32,000 nt of DNA from Dickeya solani IPO 2222 (GCF_001644705.1 NZ_CP015137.1:1500001-1532000), one strand, 5' to 3'. Shown: positions 1-8,372, numbered from the stretch's first letter. Numbers and translations: made by a program. The notes: generated from the letters alone by a model not told the origin.

Positions 1-2
1 GC

Positions 3-1895
3 TTCTACGTGGTCAACGCGGTGGACATTGCACAACAGCTCGGGCTCGGCGGCCGCTTCAACATGATCATGCAGGCGGCGTTCTTCAAGCTGACCGGGAT
101 CATTCCCGCCGAGACCGCCGCCGACTACCTGAAAAGCGCCGTCACCCATACCTATGGCAAGAAAGGCCAGCACGTGGTGGCGATGAATCAGGCCGCCATC
201 GATCAGGGCATGTTAGCGCCGGTTCAGGTAGCGATTCCGGCGCACTGGGCCGACCTGCCGGAACCGACGGTCTCCGCCGCCGCGCTGCCCGAGTTTATCC
301 GGCGCATTCTGACGCCGATGAACCGGCAGGAAGGCGATAGCTTGCCGGTCAGCGCCTTTACCGGCATGGAAGACGGCACCTTTCCGCTCGGCACCGCGGC
401 GTTTGAGAAACGCGGCATCGCCATCAGCGTGCCTGCCTGGCAGCCGGAAGGCTGCACCCAGTGCAACCAGTGCGCGTTTATCTGCCCGCACGCCGCCATC
501 CGCCCGGCGCTGTTGACCGACGAGGAGCGCGCGCTGGCGCCCGACACCCTGCTCAGCAAACCGGCCACCGGCGCCAAAACCCTGCACTATCATCTGGCGG
601 TGTCGCCGCTGGACTGCTCCGGCTGCGGCAACTGCGTGGATATCTGCCCGTCGCGCGGCAAATCGCTGACCATGCAGCCGCTGACGTCGCAGCAACCCAA
701 AATCGCGCTGTGGGAACAGGTGCTCGGCCTGCAGCCCAAGCCGAACCCGTTCAATAAAACCACCGTCAAGGGCAGCCAGTTCGAGACGCCGCTGCTGGAG
801 TTCTCCGGTGCCTGCGCCGGGTGCGGCGAAACCCCGTACGCCCGGCTGGTGACCCAGTTGTTTGGCGACCGCATGCTGATTGCCAACGCCACCGGCTGTT
901 CCTCCATCTGGGGCGCCAGCGCGCCGTCCATCCCTTATACCGCCAACCACCGCGGACACGGCCCCGCCTGGGCCAACTCGCTGTTTGAGGACAACGCCGA
1001 ATTCGGGCTGGGGATGCTGCTTGGCGGCAACGCCATCCGCGAACAGTTGGCCAGCGACGCCGCGGCGGCGTTGATGCGGCCGCTCAGCCCGGCGCTGACC
1101 GACGCGCTCAATCTGTGGCTGGAGCTGAAAGACCGCGGCGACGGCACCCGCGAGCGGGCCGATCGAGTCATCGCCCTGCTTGAGCATGAAAAAGGCGACG
1201 ACCCGTTGCTCAACCGTCTCTACCAAAACCGGGATTACCTCGCCAAACGTTCGCAATGGATTTTCGGCGGCGACGGCTGGGCTTACGACATTGGCTTCGG
1301 CGGGCTGGACCATGTGCTGGCCTCCGGCGAGGACATTAACGTGCTGGTGTTCGACACCGAGGTCTATTCCAACACCGGCGGCCAGTCGTCCAAATCCACC
1401 CCGGCGGCGGCGATGGCGAAATTCGCCGCCGAAGGCAAGCGCACCCGCAAGAAAGACCTCGGCCTGATGGCGATGAGTTACGGTTACGTGTACGTGGCGC
1501 AGGTAGCGATGGGCGCGGACAAGGCGCAAACGCTACGGGCTATCGCCGAAGCGGAAGCCCACCCCGGCCCGTCGCTGGTCATCGCCTACGCCGCCTGCAT
1601 CAACCACGGACTGAAAGCCGGCATGGGGTGCAGCCAGCGGGAAACCCAAAAGGCGGTGGAGTCGGGATACTGGAACCTGTACCGCTTCAACCCACAACTA
1701 CAGGCGGCAGGCAAAAACCCGTTCACGCTGGACTCCGACGAGCCGGAAGCCGATTTCCAGGACTTCCTGATGGGCGAAGTTCGCTACAGCGCACTGCAAC
1801 GCCAGTACCCGGAGCTGGCAAGCCAACTGTTCGCCAAAACCGAGCAGGACGCCAGGGCGCGTTTCGAGCACTATAAACGTCTGGCGGAAGGGTAA
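3..1895 (+). CDS. nifJ: Pyruvate:ferredoxin/flavodoxin oxidoreductase (PFOR, NifJ/YdbK family), C-terminal ~630 aa; the 5' end lies outside the window
   Basis: The frame is open from the window edge (FYVVNAVDIA...). It has two 4Fe-4S ferredoxin motifs (CTQCNQCAFICP, CSGCGNCVDICP), a TPP-binding motif (GGDGWAYDIGFGGLDHV...DTEVYSNTGGQSSK) and a C-terminal tail typical of enterobacterial YdbK. The stop is TAA at 1893-1895. Confidence 0.93.
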   Translation, partial: FYVVNAVDIAQQLGLGGRFNMIMQAAFFKLTGIIPAETAADYLKSAVTHTYGKKGQHVVAMNQAAIDQGMLAPVQVAIPAHWADLPEPTVSAAALPEFIRRILTPMNRQEGDSLPVSAFTGMEDGTFPLGTAAFEKRGIAISVPAWQPEGCTQCNQCAFICPHAAIRPALLTDEERALAPDTLLSKPATGAKTLHYHLAVSPLDCSGCGNCVDICPSRGKSLTMQPLTSQQPKIALWEQVLGLQPKPNPFNKTTVKGSQFETPLLEFSGACAGCGETPYARLVTQLFGDRMLIANATGCSSIWGASAPSIPYTANHRGHGPAWANSLFEDNAEFGLGMLLGGNAIREQLASDAAAALMRPLSPALTDALNLWLELKDRGDGTRERADRVIALLEHEKGDDPLLNRLYQNRDYLAKRSQWIFGGDGWAYDIGFGGLDHVLASGEDINVLVFDTEVYSNTGGQSSKSTPAAAMAKFAAEGKRTRKKDLGLMAMSYGYVYVAQVAMGADKAQTLRAIAEAEAHPGPSLVIAYAACINHGLKAGMGCSQRETQKAVESGYWNLYRFNPQLQAAGKNPFTLDSDEPEADFQDFLMGEVRYSALQRQYPELASQLFAKTEQDARARFEHYKRLAEG

Positions 1896-1934
1896 CTCCG
1901 CCAGACATTGCTAAAGCTAAAGATTGGCAAGGAT

Positions 1935-1968
1935 CGCCGGTTTATCCGGCGCCTGCGTTGCAGGCGCC
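1935..1968. terminator. GC-rich overlapping inverted repeats in the gap between convergent nifJ and the PPTase gene; possible bidirectional terminator
   Basis: CGCCGG(1935-1940)/CCGGCG(1946-1951) and GGCGCCTGC(1948-1956)-gtt-GCAGGCGCC(1960-1968) form mutually exclusive hairpins. Neither strand has a clean U-tract after them, so confidence is low. Confidence 0.35.
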
Positions 1969-1994
1969 ATCTGAAAACGGAGCGGAACGCCCGA

Positions 1995-2711
1995 TCATTC
2001 GGCGAATGTAGCGGAGCAAGCCGTTAACTCCACAACCGTGACATACTGCCGCTCAGGCAATACTCTAAAATAACCACGTGCGGTTTTACCTTTGACAAGC
2101 TGCGGACTCAGTGTCTCTTTTAAGACAAAATCCATACTCTGGTTAACAAAATCAATCTTGAATATTGAAATCGCTTCAAAACCAAAATAGTGACCAACAT
2201 TCCCGTAAGCCGCCTTAAAAAAACTTTCTTTGAGGGAAAAGAATAAGGTAAAACATGCCTGAAACCGCGCAGAGTCAGCCGAAATCAACGCAATTTCATG
2301 CTCATCAAGCGTTTGTGCCAGTACATTGCTAATTACCTCATGGCTGATTTCATCTTCAACATCAATGCCGACACCGATTTTCCCCGTAGCATCGCCGACC
2401 AATGCCACTGCCCGGTTATGACAATGGCTGATCGAGCCGATCATCCCCTCTGGCCAGAGCGGCTCACCACGCTCGCCCCGACCGATATGCCGCACATGAA
2501 TCCCCCATTTTTTTAATGCCTGTGCGGCACAGAAACGACCCGCTAAATACTCAGCGCGCCTTTTGACCACGGCGCGGTCCAAATACCCGGCTTTATCTAT
2601 CTGATATAAATGGAACAAGCTATCGTGATAGTGTTCTCTGGCAAAAATACAATGATAAAGTTCAAAGTCGGTCTCAAACCAATCACCGGACCGATTTTCC
2701 TGAAAAAACAT
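1995..2711 (-). CDS. 4'-phosphopantetheinyl transferase, EntD/Sfp type (activates the PKS carrier proteins)
   Basis: 238 aa with PPTase motifs GSISHC, GIDVE and FSLKESFFKA. An AAGGA RBS lies 8 nt upstream of the ATG at 2711. It is the last gene of the minus-strand operon. Confidence 0.9.
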   Translation of the reverse strand: MFFQENRSGDWFETDFELYHCIFAREHYHDSLFHLYQIDKAGYLDRAVVKRRAEYLAGRFCAAQALKKWGIHVRHIGRGERGEPLWPEGMIGSISHCHNRAVALVGDATGKIGVGIDVEDEISHEVISNVLAQTLDEHEIALISADSARFQACFTLFFSLKESFFKAAYGNVGHYFGFEAISIFKIDFVNQSMDFVLKETLSPQLVKGKTARGYFRVLPERQYVTVVELTACSATFAE

Positions 2712-2762
2712 CGTTCAAATCCTTTTGGCCGCCATCCCGCCTCATCACACAGAATATTCGCC

Positions 2763-3893
2763 TTATACCGGTTTTAGCTCATCCAGTTCGAAATAGCCGT
2801 TATAACCTTTCAGATAGATCGCCGCACGGTGCTGAAACAGCAAAACAGCTTCTGTCCGGGTCTCCACTTCCGTATTCAAAATACTGGAGCGAACCTTTTG
2901 CCCGATCTGGAACCGGCTGTTCCATTGAGCAACCTTCTGGGCCGCCGCTAGCGTTCTGTTATGCATCGACCCGTCGGTAGATTCAGCAGCATTCGCTCCA
3001 TCGGCGTCACGTTGTAAGCGAATGGCCTGTAGTTCGGCTTCTGTCGTCTCTGCTTTTATTTTCTCGACCAGACTACGCACCACTTCACTATGACCCAATT
3101 CCGTAAATTCAACCGTTCCCAGGCTCATTAGATACTGGATACTTTCGGCCCAGCGAACCGGGCTGGCAATTTGTTGAGCCAGACAGCTAAACAGCGTTTC
3201 ATCCTGATATGGCCGGGCCGTGGTATTGGCAATCACCGGGATTTTCAACGCCGAGAACTGAAAGTTTTGCAGGTATTTTTCAAATTTCTCCATTGAGCCG
3301 CGCATTAGCCTGGAGTGAAAAGCACCACTGGTATTTAAGGGAACATATCTGATGTTGCTATGTTCGAAGTCATCTGCGGCATTCATGATATCGTTACGGG
3401 GACCCGAAATCACAATTTGCGATGGCGTATTAAAGTTAGCTAAATCAATATGATCTAGCCTTTTGGTTTTCAATAATTCCCGCACCTGAGCTTCACTCGC
3501 TCCCAGTACCGCCGCCATACCACCGCCGTCGGCCTGCCCCATCAATTCACCGCGTTTTTTCACCAGCTTCAGACCAGTGGCAAAATCAAAACATTCTGCG
3601 GCCAGCAATGCGTTAAATTCGCCTAAGCTATGGCCTAAAACAAAATCCGGACGGGTGCCGGTTTCTTTCAGTTTCCTGAAATAAGACAGCGCATTGACAA
3701 CATAAATTGCCGGTTGGGTATATTGTGTCCGGTTCAGATTTCCGTCAGGATCATCAAGACAGAGTGTCTCAATGGAATAACCCAGAATCTCGTTGGCAAT
3801 GCGGGTCAAATCAGCAAACTGACCGAACAACCCCTCTCCCATGCCTCGTTGCTGGGAGCCTTGTCCCGGAAACATATAAACTCGAATTGACAT
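2763..3893 (-). CDS. Discrete (trans-acting) acyltransferase, malonyl-CoA:ACP transacylase type, with a ~95-aa C-terminal extension
   Basis: FPGQGSQ, GHS(89)LGE, R114 (KKRGELM) and GAFHS(190-194) form a malonyl-type signature. A GGAG RBS precedes the ATG at 3893. Residues 281-376 lie beyond the AT fold. Confidence 0.9.
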   Translation of the reverse strand: MSIRVYMFPGQGSQQRGMGEGLFGQFADLTRIANEILGYSIETLCLDDPDGNLNRTQYTQPAIYVVNALSYFRKLKETGTRPDFVLGHSLGEFNALLAAECFDFATGLKLVKKRGELMGQADGGGMAAVLGASEAQVRELLKTKRLDHIDLANFNTPSQIVISGPRNDIMNAADDFEHSNIRYVPLNTSGAFHSRLMRGSMEKFEKYLQNFQFSALKIPVIANTTARPYQDETLFSCLAQQIASPVRWAESIQYLMSLGTVEFTELGHSEVVRSLVEKIKAETTEAELQAIRLQRDADGANAAESTDGSMHNRTLAAAQKVAQWNSRFQIGQKVRSSILNTEVETRTEAVLLFQHRAAIYLKGYNGYFELDELKPV

Positions 3894-3961
3894 GACTGCT
3901 CACTCCTTTGAATTGATTCTATTAGGTATTTCTGCTTAACAGCCTGTTCAACAGCACGTCC

Positions 3962-5881
3962 TCACGCCTTCAACTGCGACAACAGAGATTCAAGAGATTT
4001 CATCCCGTCACTGAACTGGTTCAATACATAGCCATGCCGGCAATCAATCCCTTTCGAATACTTCAGAAAGTTGGACAAACTGCCTGTAGCCGATACATCA
4101 ATAAAAAAGTGGTCCTGCATTGCCGTAAACGTCGAGCGGGCAAGGGCAGAAAAGTCAATTTTGTCTCTGACAATCTGCCATAAATACGCGCGAGCATCGG
4201 CTGGTTGTAACGAGCCGACGGACCGCCCCAATACAGACGAATACACGGGAATGGCAGGAGTAAAGACCGGTGTCTTATGCAGCAATTCCTGATATGCAGG
4301 TTTGATAGCGTCAATCGCATCCGAATGGAAGCCGTAGCGAACCGGCAGTGCGATCGACAGAATGCCTTTATCAGCCAGCTTCTGTTTAACGCCTGTTATG
4401 GCGGCGTGATCCCCGGAAATGAAGAAATTATTGTCGAAATTCACGCCGGCCAGCGTACAACGGGAAAAAACATCAGCGCAGCTATAGAAAATTTCCGGTG
4501 AGGCCAGTACCACGACCAAACCACCTTCAGGAGCAGACTGAACCAGCAAACGAGCCTGCTCAACAACCAACCGAAGCGCATCATCCAGCCGAAGCATACC
4601 GGCGACAACGGCAGCAATGTACTCACCCAAACTATGGCCGACAACGGCAGTGGGCTGGATGCCACGGGCAATCAACATCTGAGTCAGGCTGTATCCCAAA
4701 CAAAAGAGTGCCGGATGGGTATAGCGAATATCATCAAACTCAGTCCCGTAATCGCTTTCACCATAGAGTTTTTCCAGCAGATTCACGCCACTGAGCATAT
4801 GCACTTTGTGACACAGGCTGTCCATCGTCTGCCGGAAATGCCCATCACAATGGTAAAAAACCCGTCCCATCTGATAGTACTGACTCCCCTGACCTGCATA
4901 CATGAAAACACACTTATTCGGCGTTGCCGGTGTCGGTCCGATTGACTGATTCTGCATCGGATTGTCTTCCTGAATCGTGGTGGACACCGGAGAGACTAAA
5001 GGCGTAGAGCGCGCGTCGCCGATCGGCATCGGATCGTCGACAATACGCTGATGGAGTTTGGTCAACACCTCTCCGGGGCCGACTTCCATGAAATCATCAT
5101 AGCCTTGAGCCAGCAGCCAGGAGATCGATTCATACCAACGAACCGGATGGGAAATTTGCCGGGTCAACAGTGTCTGATACCCCGTGGAGGGATAAGCCCT
5201 GGCCGTTACATTCGATATAACGGGAACAGACAAGGGATGAAAAGTAAATTCAGCCAGGAAATCGGCAAATTCCCTCTCAATATCCACCATGCAGCGGGAA
5301 TGGAACGCCGCACTGACATTCAATTGGACAAAGCGTGCGCCGGCATCGAGAAAACGCTGTTCCAGCTCCGGCGCCAGCACTTCGTCATAATTCCCCGAGA
5401 TAATGCACTGCTGGCGGGAGTTGATATTGGCTATATCCACATGCTGAAAGCCGCTATCGGCCAAAATACGCTCAATCTCATCCAGATTAATTTCCAGCAA
5501 TGCGGCCATTGCCCCCTTCGGAGCCTGGCTCATCAACTGACCGCGTTTTTGTACCAGCCGAAGCCCGGTAATAAAGTCAAAAGCGCCGGCGGCAAACAGC
5601 GCGTTGTACTCCCCCAGGCTGTGTCCGGCCAGAAAATCCGGCGCCGCCGCTCCACGGGCCTTACGTTCCAGATAGGTCAGCGCATTCACGGTATACAATG
5701 CCGGTTGGGTATACTGAGTGTGGTTTAGAACCCGCTGAGGATCTTTCACACAAAGGTTGGCAATGTCATACCCGAGAACCTGATTTGCCTGAGCAACCAG
5801 CTCTGGATAGTGATCGAATAGGTCATAACCCATCGTACGATATTGCGACCCCTGCCCTGGAAAGGTATAGACTGTCTTCAT
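3962..5881 (-). CDS. Tandem AT-AT protein (two acyltransferase-fold domains; one may be an acyl hydrolase or an alternative-extender AT)
   Basis: 639 aa. Domain 1 has FPGQGSQ, GHS(88)LGEY, R113 and AAFHS. Domain 2 has YAGQGSQYYQMG, GHS(417)LGEY, R444 and YGFHS. Confidence 0.9.
   Translation of the reverse strand: MKTVYTFPGQGSQYRTMGYDLFDHYPELVAQANQVLGYDIANLCVKDPQRVLNHTQYTQPALYTVNALTYLERKARGAAAPDFLAGHSLGEYNALFAAGAFDFITGLRLVQKRGQLMSQAPKGAMAALLEINLDEIERILADSGFQHVDIANINSRQQCIISGNYDEVLAPELEQRFLDAGARFVQLNVSAAFHSRCMVDIEREFADFLAEFTFHPLSVPVISNVTARAYPSTGYQTLLTRQISHPVRWYESISWLLAQGYDDFMEVGPGEVLTKLHQRIVDDPMPIGDARSTPLVSPVSTTIQEDNPMQNQSIGPTPATPNKCVFMYAGQGSQYYQMGRVFYHCDGHFRQTMDSLCHKVHMLSGVNLLEKLYGESDYGTEFDDIRYTHPALFCLGYSLTQMLIARGIQPTAVVGHSLGEYIAAVVAGMLRLDDALRLVVEQARLLVQSAPEGGLVVVLASPEIFYSCADVFSRCTLAGVNFDNNFFISGDHAAITGVKQKLADKGILSIALPVRYGFHSDAIDAIKPAYQELLHKTPVFTPAIPVYSSVLGRSVGSLQPADARAYLWQIVRDKIDFSALARSTFTAMQDHFFIDVSATGSLSNFLKYSKGIDCRHGYVLNQFSDGMKSLESLLSQLKA
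4007..4918 (-). other. AT-like domain 2 of the AT-AT protein (divergent)
   Basis: Residues ~322-625: FMYAGQGSQYYQMG, VVGHSLGEYIAAVVAG, EQARLLV, RYGFHS. It follows a P/T/S-rich linker (residues ~290-322). Confidence 0.75.
5012..5881 (-). other. AT domain 1 of the AT-AT protein (malonyl-type motifs)
   Basis: Residues ~1-290: GHSLGEYNALFAAGAF, QKRGQLM, NVSAAFHS. Confidence 0.8.
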
Positions 5882-5943
5882 AAATTTCCCCGCTGTACTA
5901 TTCTGTTATCTCTTCTGTCATCTCTGCCAGCAGCTCACCGTTG

Positions 5944-5970
5944 TCCGCCATCTGCGCGCTGCAGGGCGGA
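5944..5970 (-). other. Intercistronic stem-loop between the ER and AT-AT genes
   Basis: TCCGCC-(AT)-CTGC gcgct GCAG-GGCGGA gives a 10-bp stem with a 2-nt bulge, within the 109-bp gap. There is no U-tract, so it is not a canonical terminator. Confidence 0.3.
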
Positions 5971-5990
5971 TACGTCTGCTCAGAGTGTCA

Positions 5991-7454
5991 CTAAGAAGAT
6001 AAAGAGTGGCTTTCTATCAAACTGATTTGTCGTGACAACATCAATGCGGCTTCCTGCATCAACATTTCCCCGATTTCATTGACATGACGAGCACGCCAGC
6101 TTTCATAAGCAGAGCCTTTCACCCACTGATTGAAAGCGCCCAGAGCCGGCCCGCAATGCACCTGATAATCGACTTTGTTTTCCCGATCGCCAGCCAGCGC
6201 CAGGCGCGAGCTATAGGCAAAATACCAGCGAAATACCGCTGCCATTTTACGTTTGGGATGCTCTTCTATTTTCGCCAACACCTGAGGACGGCTCGCCTGA
6301 TAGTATTGCCTGACGTCTTGCCAGACATCGGATAGCGGACGTTTAAAGTACTTGTCTTCGAGCTGCTTTTTAACGACCTGCGGTATCGCTTCCAGCGAAG
6401 CATATTGTTGATAGAGCTGATAAAGTTTATTAGCCCGTGATGGGAAAAACACACCGCGCCGGAGCACCTGAACTTTGGCGCCCTGTTCAAACATATCTCC
6501 GGCCGGAGCATAATCGGTATCCTGAATATTGATACTTTGCAGTAAATCCTTCACCTCATCGCTGGTAGCCGCCTCCACCGAGCACTGATTCACGGAACCG
6601 GTGACAATAAAATCAGCACCAAGCATAAAAGCAGCCATCACCGCTTCCGGCGTACCAATACCACCTGCGGCGCCGATCCTGACTGGTTTTTGGTATCGCT
6701 GGCGGGCCGAAACATCCCGGCAAAGCCGGGAAATGGCCGGGAACAGTACATAAGCATTACCCTGATCGGTGTGGCCTGCCGAATCAGACTCGACACAGAC
6801 ATCCTGAGCCATTGGCACCAAAGGAGCCAGCTCAGCCTCCTGCCCGGTAATCAACCCTTGCTGATATAACCGGGCAACCAGCTCAGGCGGCGCCGGGTGG
6901 GCAAAAACCTCAGCAACTTCGGGGCGTGACACTTTCGCCATCAGCGTATTGGGAATAATAATGCGCTGATCTTCCCCCCGATGAACACCACACAACCGGT
7001 AACGCACTAACGCTGGGGTAATCGCAATATAGGCAGCCGCTTCAATAAAACGAATGCCGTGGGTCAGAAACAGCTCGACCCGCTGCATTTCCTTTTCAGG
7101 GAAATCATAATCTGCCAGCAGATTCATGCCGAAAGACTCCCCGCTCAAATCAGATTGAATCCCTAAAATCGCGTCTTCCAGAACACGAAGACTCAAGCCT
7201 CCTGAACCGAAAAAGCTCATCATTCCGGCCCGCGCCATCGCCACAACCAGCTTACGGGACGCAATCCCCTGATACATCGCACCGCTGACATAGGCATATT
7301 TAATCCCATAATCCTGACGAAACGCCGGACTTCCCAACTGTTCGGCCTGAACACGCTGCTCTTGTCGGCGGTCTACCCCCTGAGGGGGTAGACCTTCACG
7401 GCGTTCAGCCGGCCTCGTTTGTTCAACATGTGTCATCATCGCGCTCTCCCCCAT
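5991..7454 (-). CDS. Trans-acting enoyl reductase, PfaD / FMN-dependent 2-nitropropane-dioxygenase-like family
   Basis: LGSPAFRQDYGIKYAYVSGAMYQGIAS, FFGSGGL and RIGAAGGIGTPEAVMAAFMLGADFIVTGSVNQ are typical of PksE/PfaD-type trans-ERs. The true start may be the ATGATG at 7439/7436, which follows a GGGGGAGAG RBS, rather than 7454. Confidence 0.88.
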   Translation of the reverse strand: MGESAMMTHVEQTRPAERREGLPPQGVDRRQEQRVQAEQLGSPAFRQDYGIKYAYVSGAMYQGIASRKLVVAMARAGMMSFFGSGGLSLRVLEDAILGIQSDLSGESFGMNLLADYDFPEKEMQRVELFLTHGIRFIEAAAYIAITPALVRYRLCGVHRGEDQRIIIPNTLMAKVSRPEVAEVFAHPAPPELVARLYQQGLITGQEAELAPLVPMAQDVCVESDSAGHTDQGNAYVLFPAISRLCRDVSARQRYQKPVRIGAAGGIGTPEAVMAAFMLGADFIVTGSVNQCSVEAATSDEVKDLLQSINIQDTDYAPAGDMFEQGAKVQVLRRGVFFPSRANKLYQLYQQYASLEAIPQVVKKQLEDKYFKRPLSDVWQDVRQYYQASRPQVLAKIEEHPKRKMAAVFRWYFAYSSRLALAGDRENKVDYQVHCGPALGAFNQWVKGSAYESWRARHVNEIGEMLMQEAALMLSRQISLIESHSLSS

Positions 7455-7463
7455 TTAGTCTGT

Positions 7464-8291
7464 TCAGAAAGCGTCGCCTTTCATATCAAAGGGGGGATAA
7501 GCAGGAAAATCTGTCGTCGAAGGGTACTTACTGAAAGTCATCACCTCACGACCATTTGTCAAAACGGTATTGCTGCCACGTAATTCAAACTCATAACTCA
7601 CGTAACTTTGCCCTTCGCCCCAGAGTTTGCTGTGAGTTCTGGTATTAAACGTCGTTCGCAGACGGTCTGGAGATATCACCGCCATCTCATTCGACTCATA
7701 ATTAATAATGATCTCTCTCGGTTTATTGAAATCACTGGTCACCAGAATGTTATAGCTCCCGTAATACATCTGGTTCAGCGGTGTCGCCGTTTCACCGCTA
7801 TGGTTACCGGCCAGAGGAATTCCATTACTATCAAGTACCGAAATGTAGAAACCGCCGTCACGGGCAATCCAGCCTTCGGAGGGTAAGATAGTCCCGGCCA
7901 GCGAATACAGCCGATAATGGCCATCCGGGTTGCCGGTATATGTTTTCAGCTCAATACGTTTTTGAGCCAAGAGCGCCTCAACATCAATACCGAATTCGCG
8001 ATTAAAATAAGCAATCGCCTCTTCTCTTTTTTGTGCTAATTCACTCTCATTCAGCCCCATAATATGGGTGTAGAAATAATCACTGCTGCATAACGTTCCC
8101 TGACACCCGGATATGCCGGGGAATGGTTCAGTATTCGCAATATTGAGCGAGCCGGTCCCCATAAAAACCAGTACCTGCTTAAATCCCATGGGCTTAGGTA
8201 AACGCTCGCCGGCGTGCGCATTAAATGTCATCAAGGCCATAGAGAAAACGGCGATGGCAGCGGCTTTTCGTTTAAATTTATGTAACATCAT
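7464..8291 (-). CDS. Secreted/periplasmic protein of unknown function (Sec signal peptide, no recognised domain)
   Basis: The N-terminus MMLHKFKRKAAAIAVFSMALMTFNAHA|GE has a K/R n-region, a hydrophobic core and an AHA signal-peptidase I site, with no lipobox. A Cys pair (GCQGTLCS) sits near the mature N-terminus. A GGAG RBS lies 8 nt upstream. The gene is packed tightly between the PKS and the ER (gaps of 81 and 9 bp). Confidence 0.7.
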   Translation of the reverse strand: MMLHKFKRKAAAIAVFSMALMTFNAHAGERLPKPMGFKQVLVFMGTGSLNIANTEPFPGISGCQGTLCSSDYFYTHIMGLNESELAQKREEAIAYFNREFGIDVEALLAQKRIELKTYTGNPDGHYRLYSLAGTILPSEGWIARDGGFYISVLDSNGIPLAGNHSGETATPLNQMYYGSYNILVTSDFNKPREIIINYESNEMAVISPDRLRTTFNTRTHSKLWGEGQSYVSYEFELRGSNTVLTNGREVMTFSKYPSTTDFPAYPPFDMKGDAF

Positions 8292-8317
8292 AGATATGCT
8301 CCTTGTTGTTTTTCACT

Positions 8318-8352
8318 GATAACCGGCAAGCCGGTTATCGATGGTTTTTTCG
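8318..8352 (+). terminator. Near-perfect 10-bp inverted repeat plus T-tract; terminator-like on the + strand only, which is antisense to the operon
   Basis: GATAACCGGC-aa-GCCGGTTATC (8318-8339) is followed on the + strand by GATGGTTTTTTCG. On the sense (minus) RNA the same hairpin is flanked by A-rich sequence. Confidence 0.35.
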
Positions 8353-8372
8353 TTCCCTAAGACTTCCGGACG

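Noticed and set aside
213-1529. A 438-aa ORF on the minus strand, and several shorter ones, overlapping nifJ
   Set aside because: It is an Arg/Gly/Ala-rich shadow ORF of the kind produced antisense to high-GC genes. It has no motifs, while the + strand frame has unambiguous PFOR motifs.
1896-1994. A mobile-element or att-site boundary at the edge of the cluster
   Set aside because: I looked for tRNA fragments, integrase or transposase remnants and flanking direct repeats. I found only hairpins and a trivial 6-bp duplication.
5051-5728. A 225-aa + strand ORF antisense to the AT-AT gene
   Set aside because: It has no recognisable domain or RBS and lies entirely inside a gene with strong AT motifs on the other strand.
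5882-5990. An internal promoter in the 109-bp ER/AT-AT gap
   Set aside because: No convincing -35/-10 pair appears on the minus strand. Only a stem-loop (5944-5970) and a GGGGA RBS are evident.
8318-8339. A Fur-box reading of the GATAAC...GTTATC palindrome
   Set aside because: Only the outer hexamers resemble GATAAT. The centre is GC-rich (CGGCAAGCCG), unlike the AT-rich 19-bp Fur consensus.
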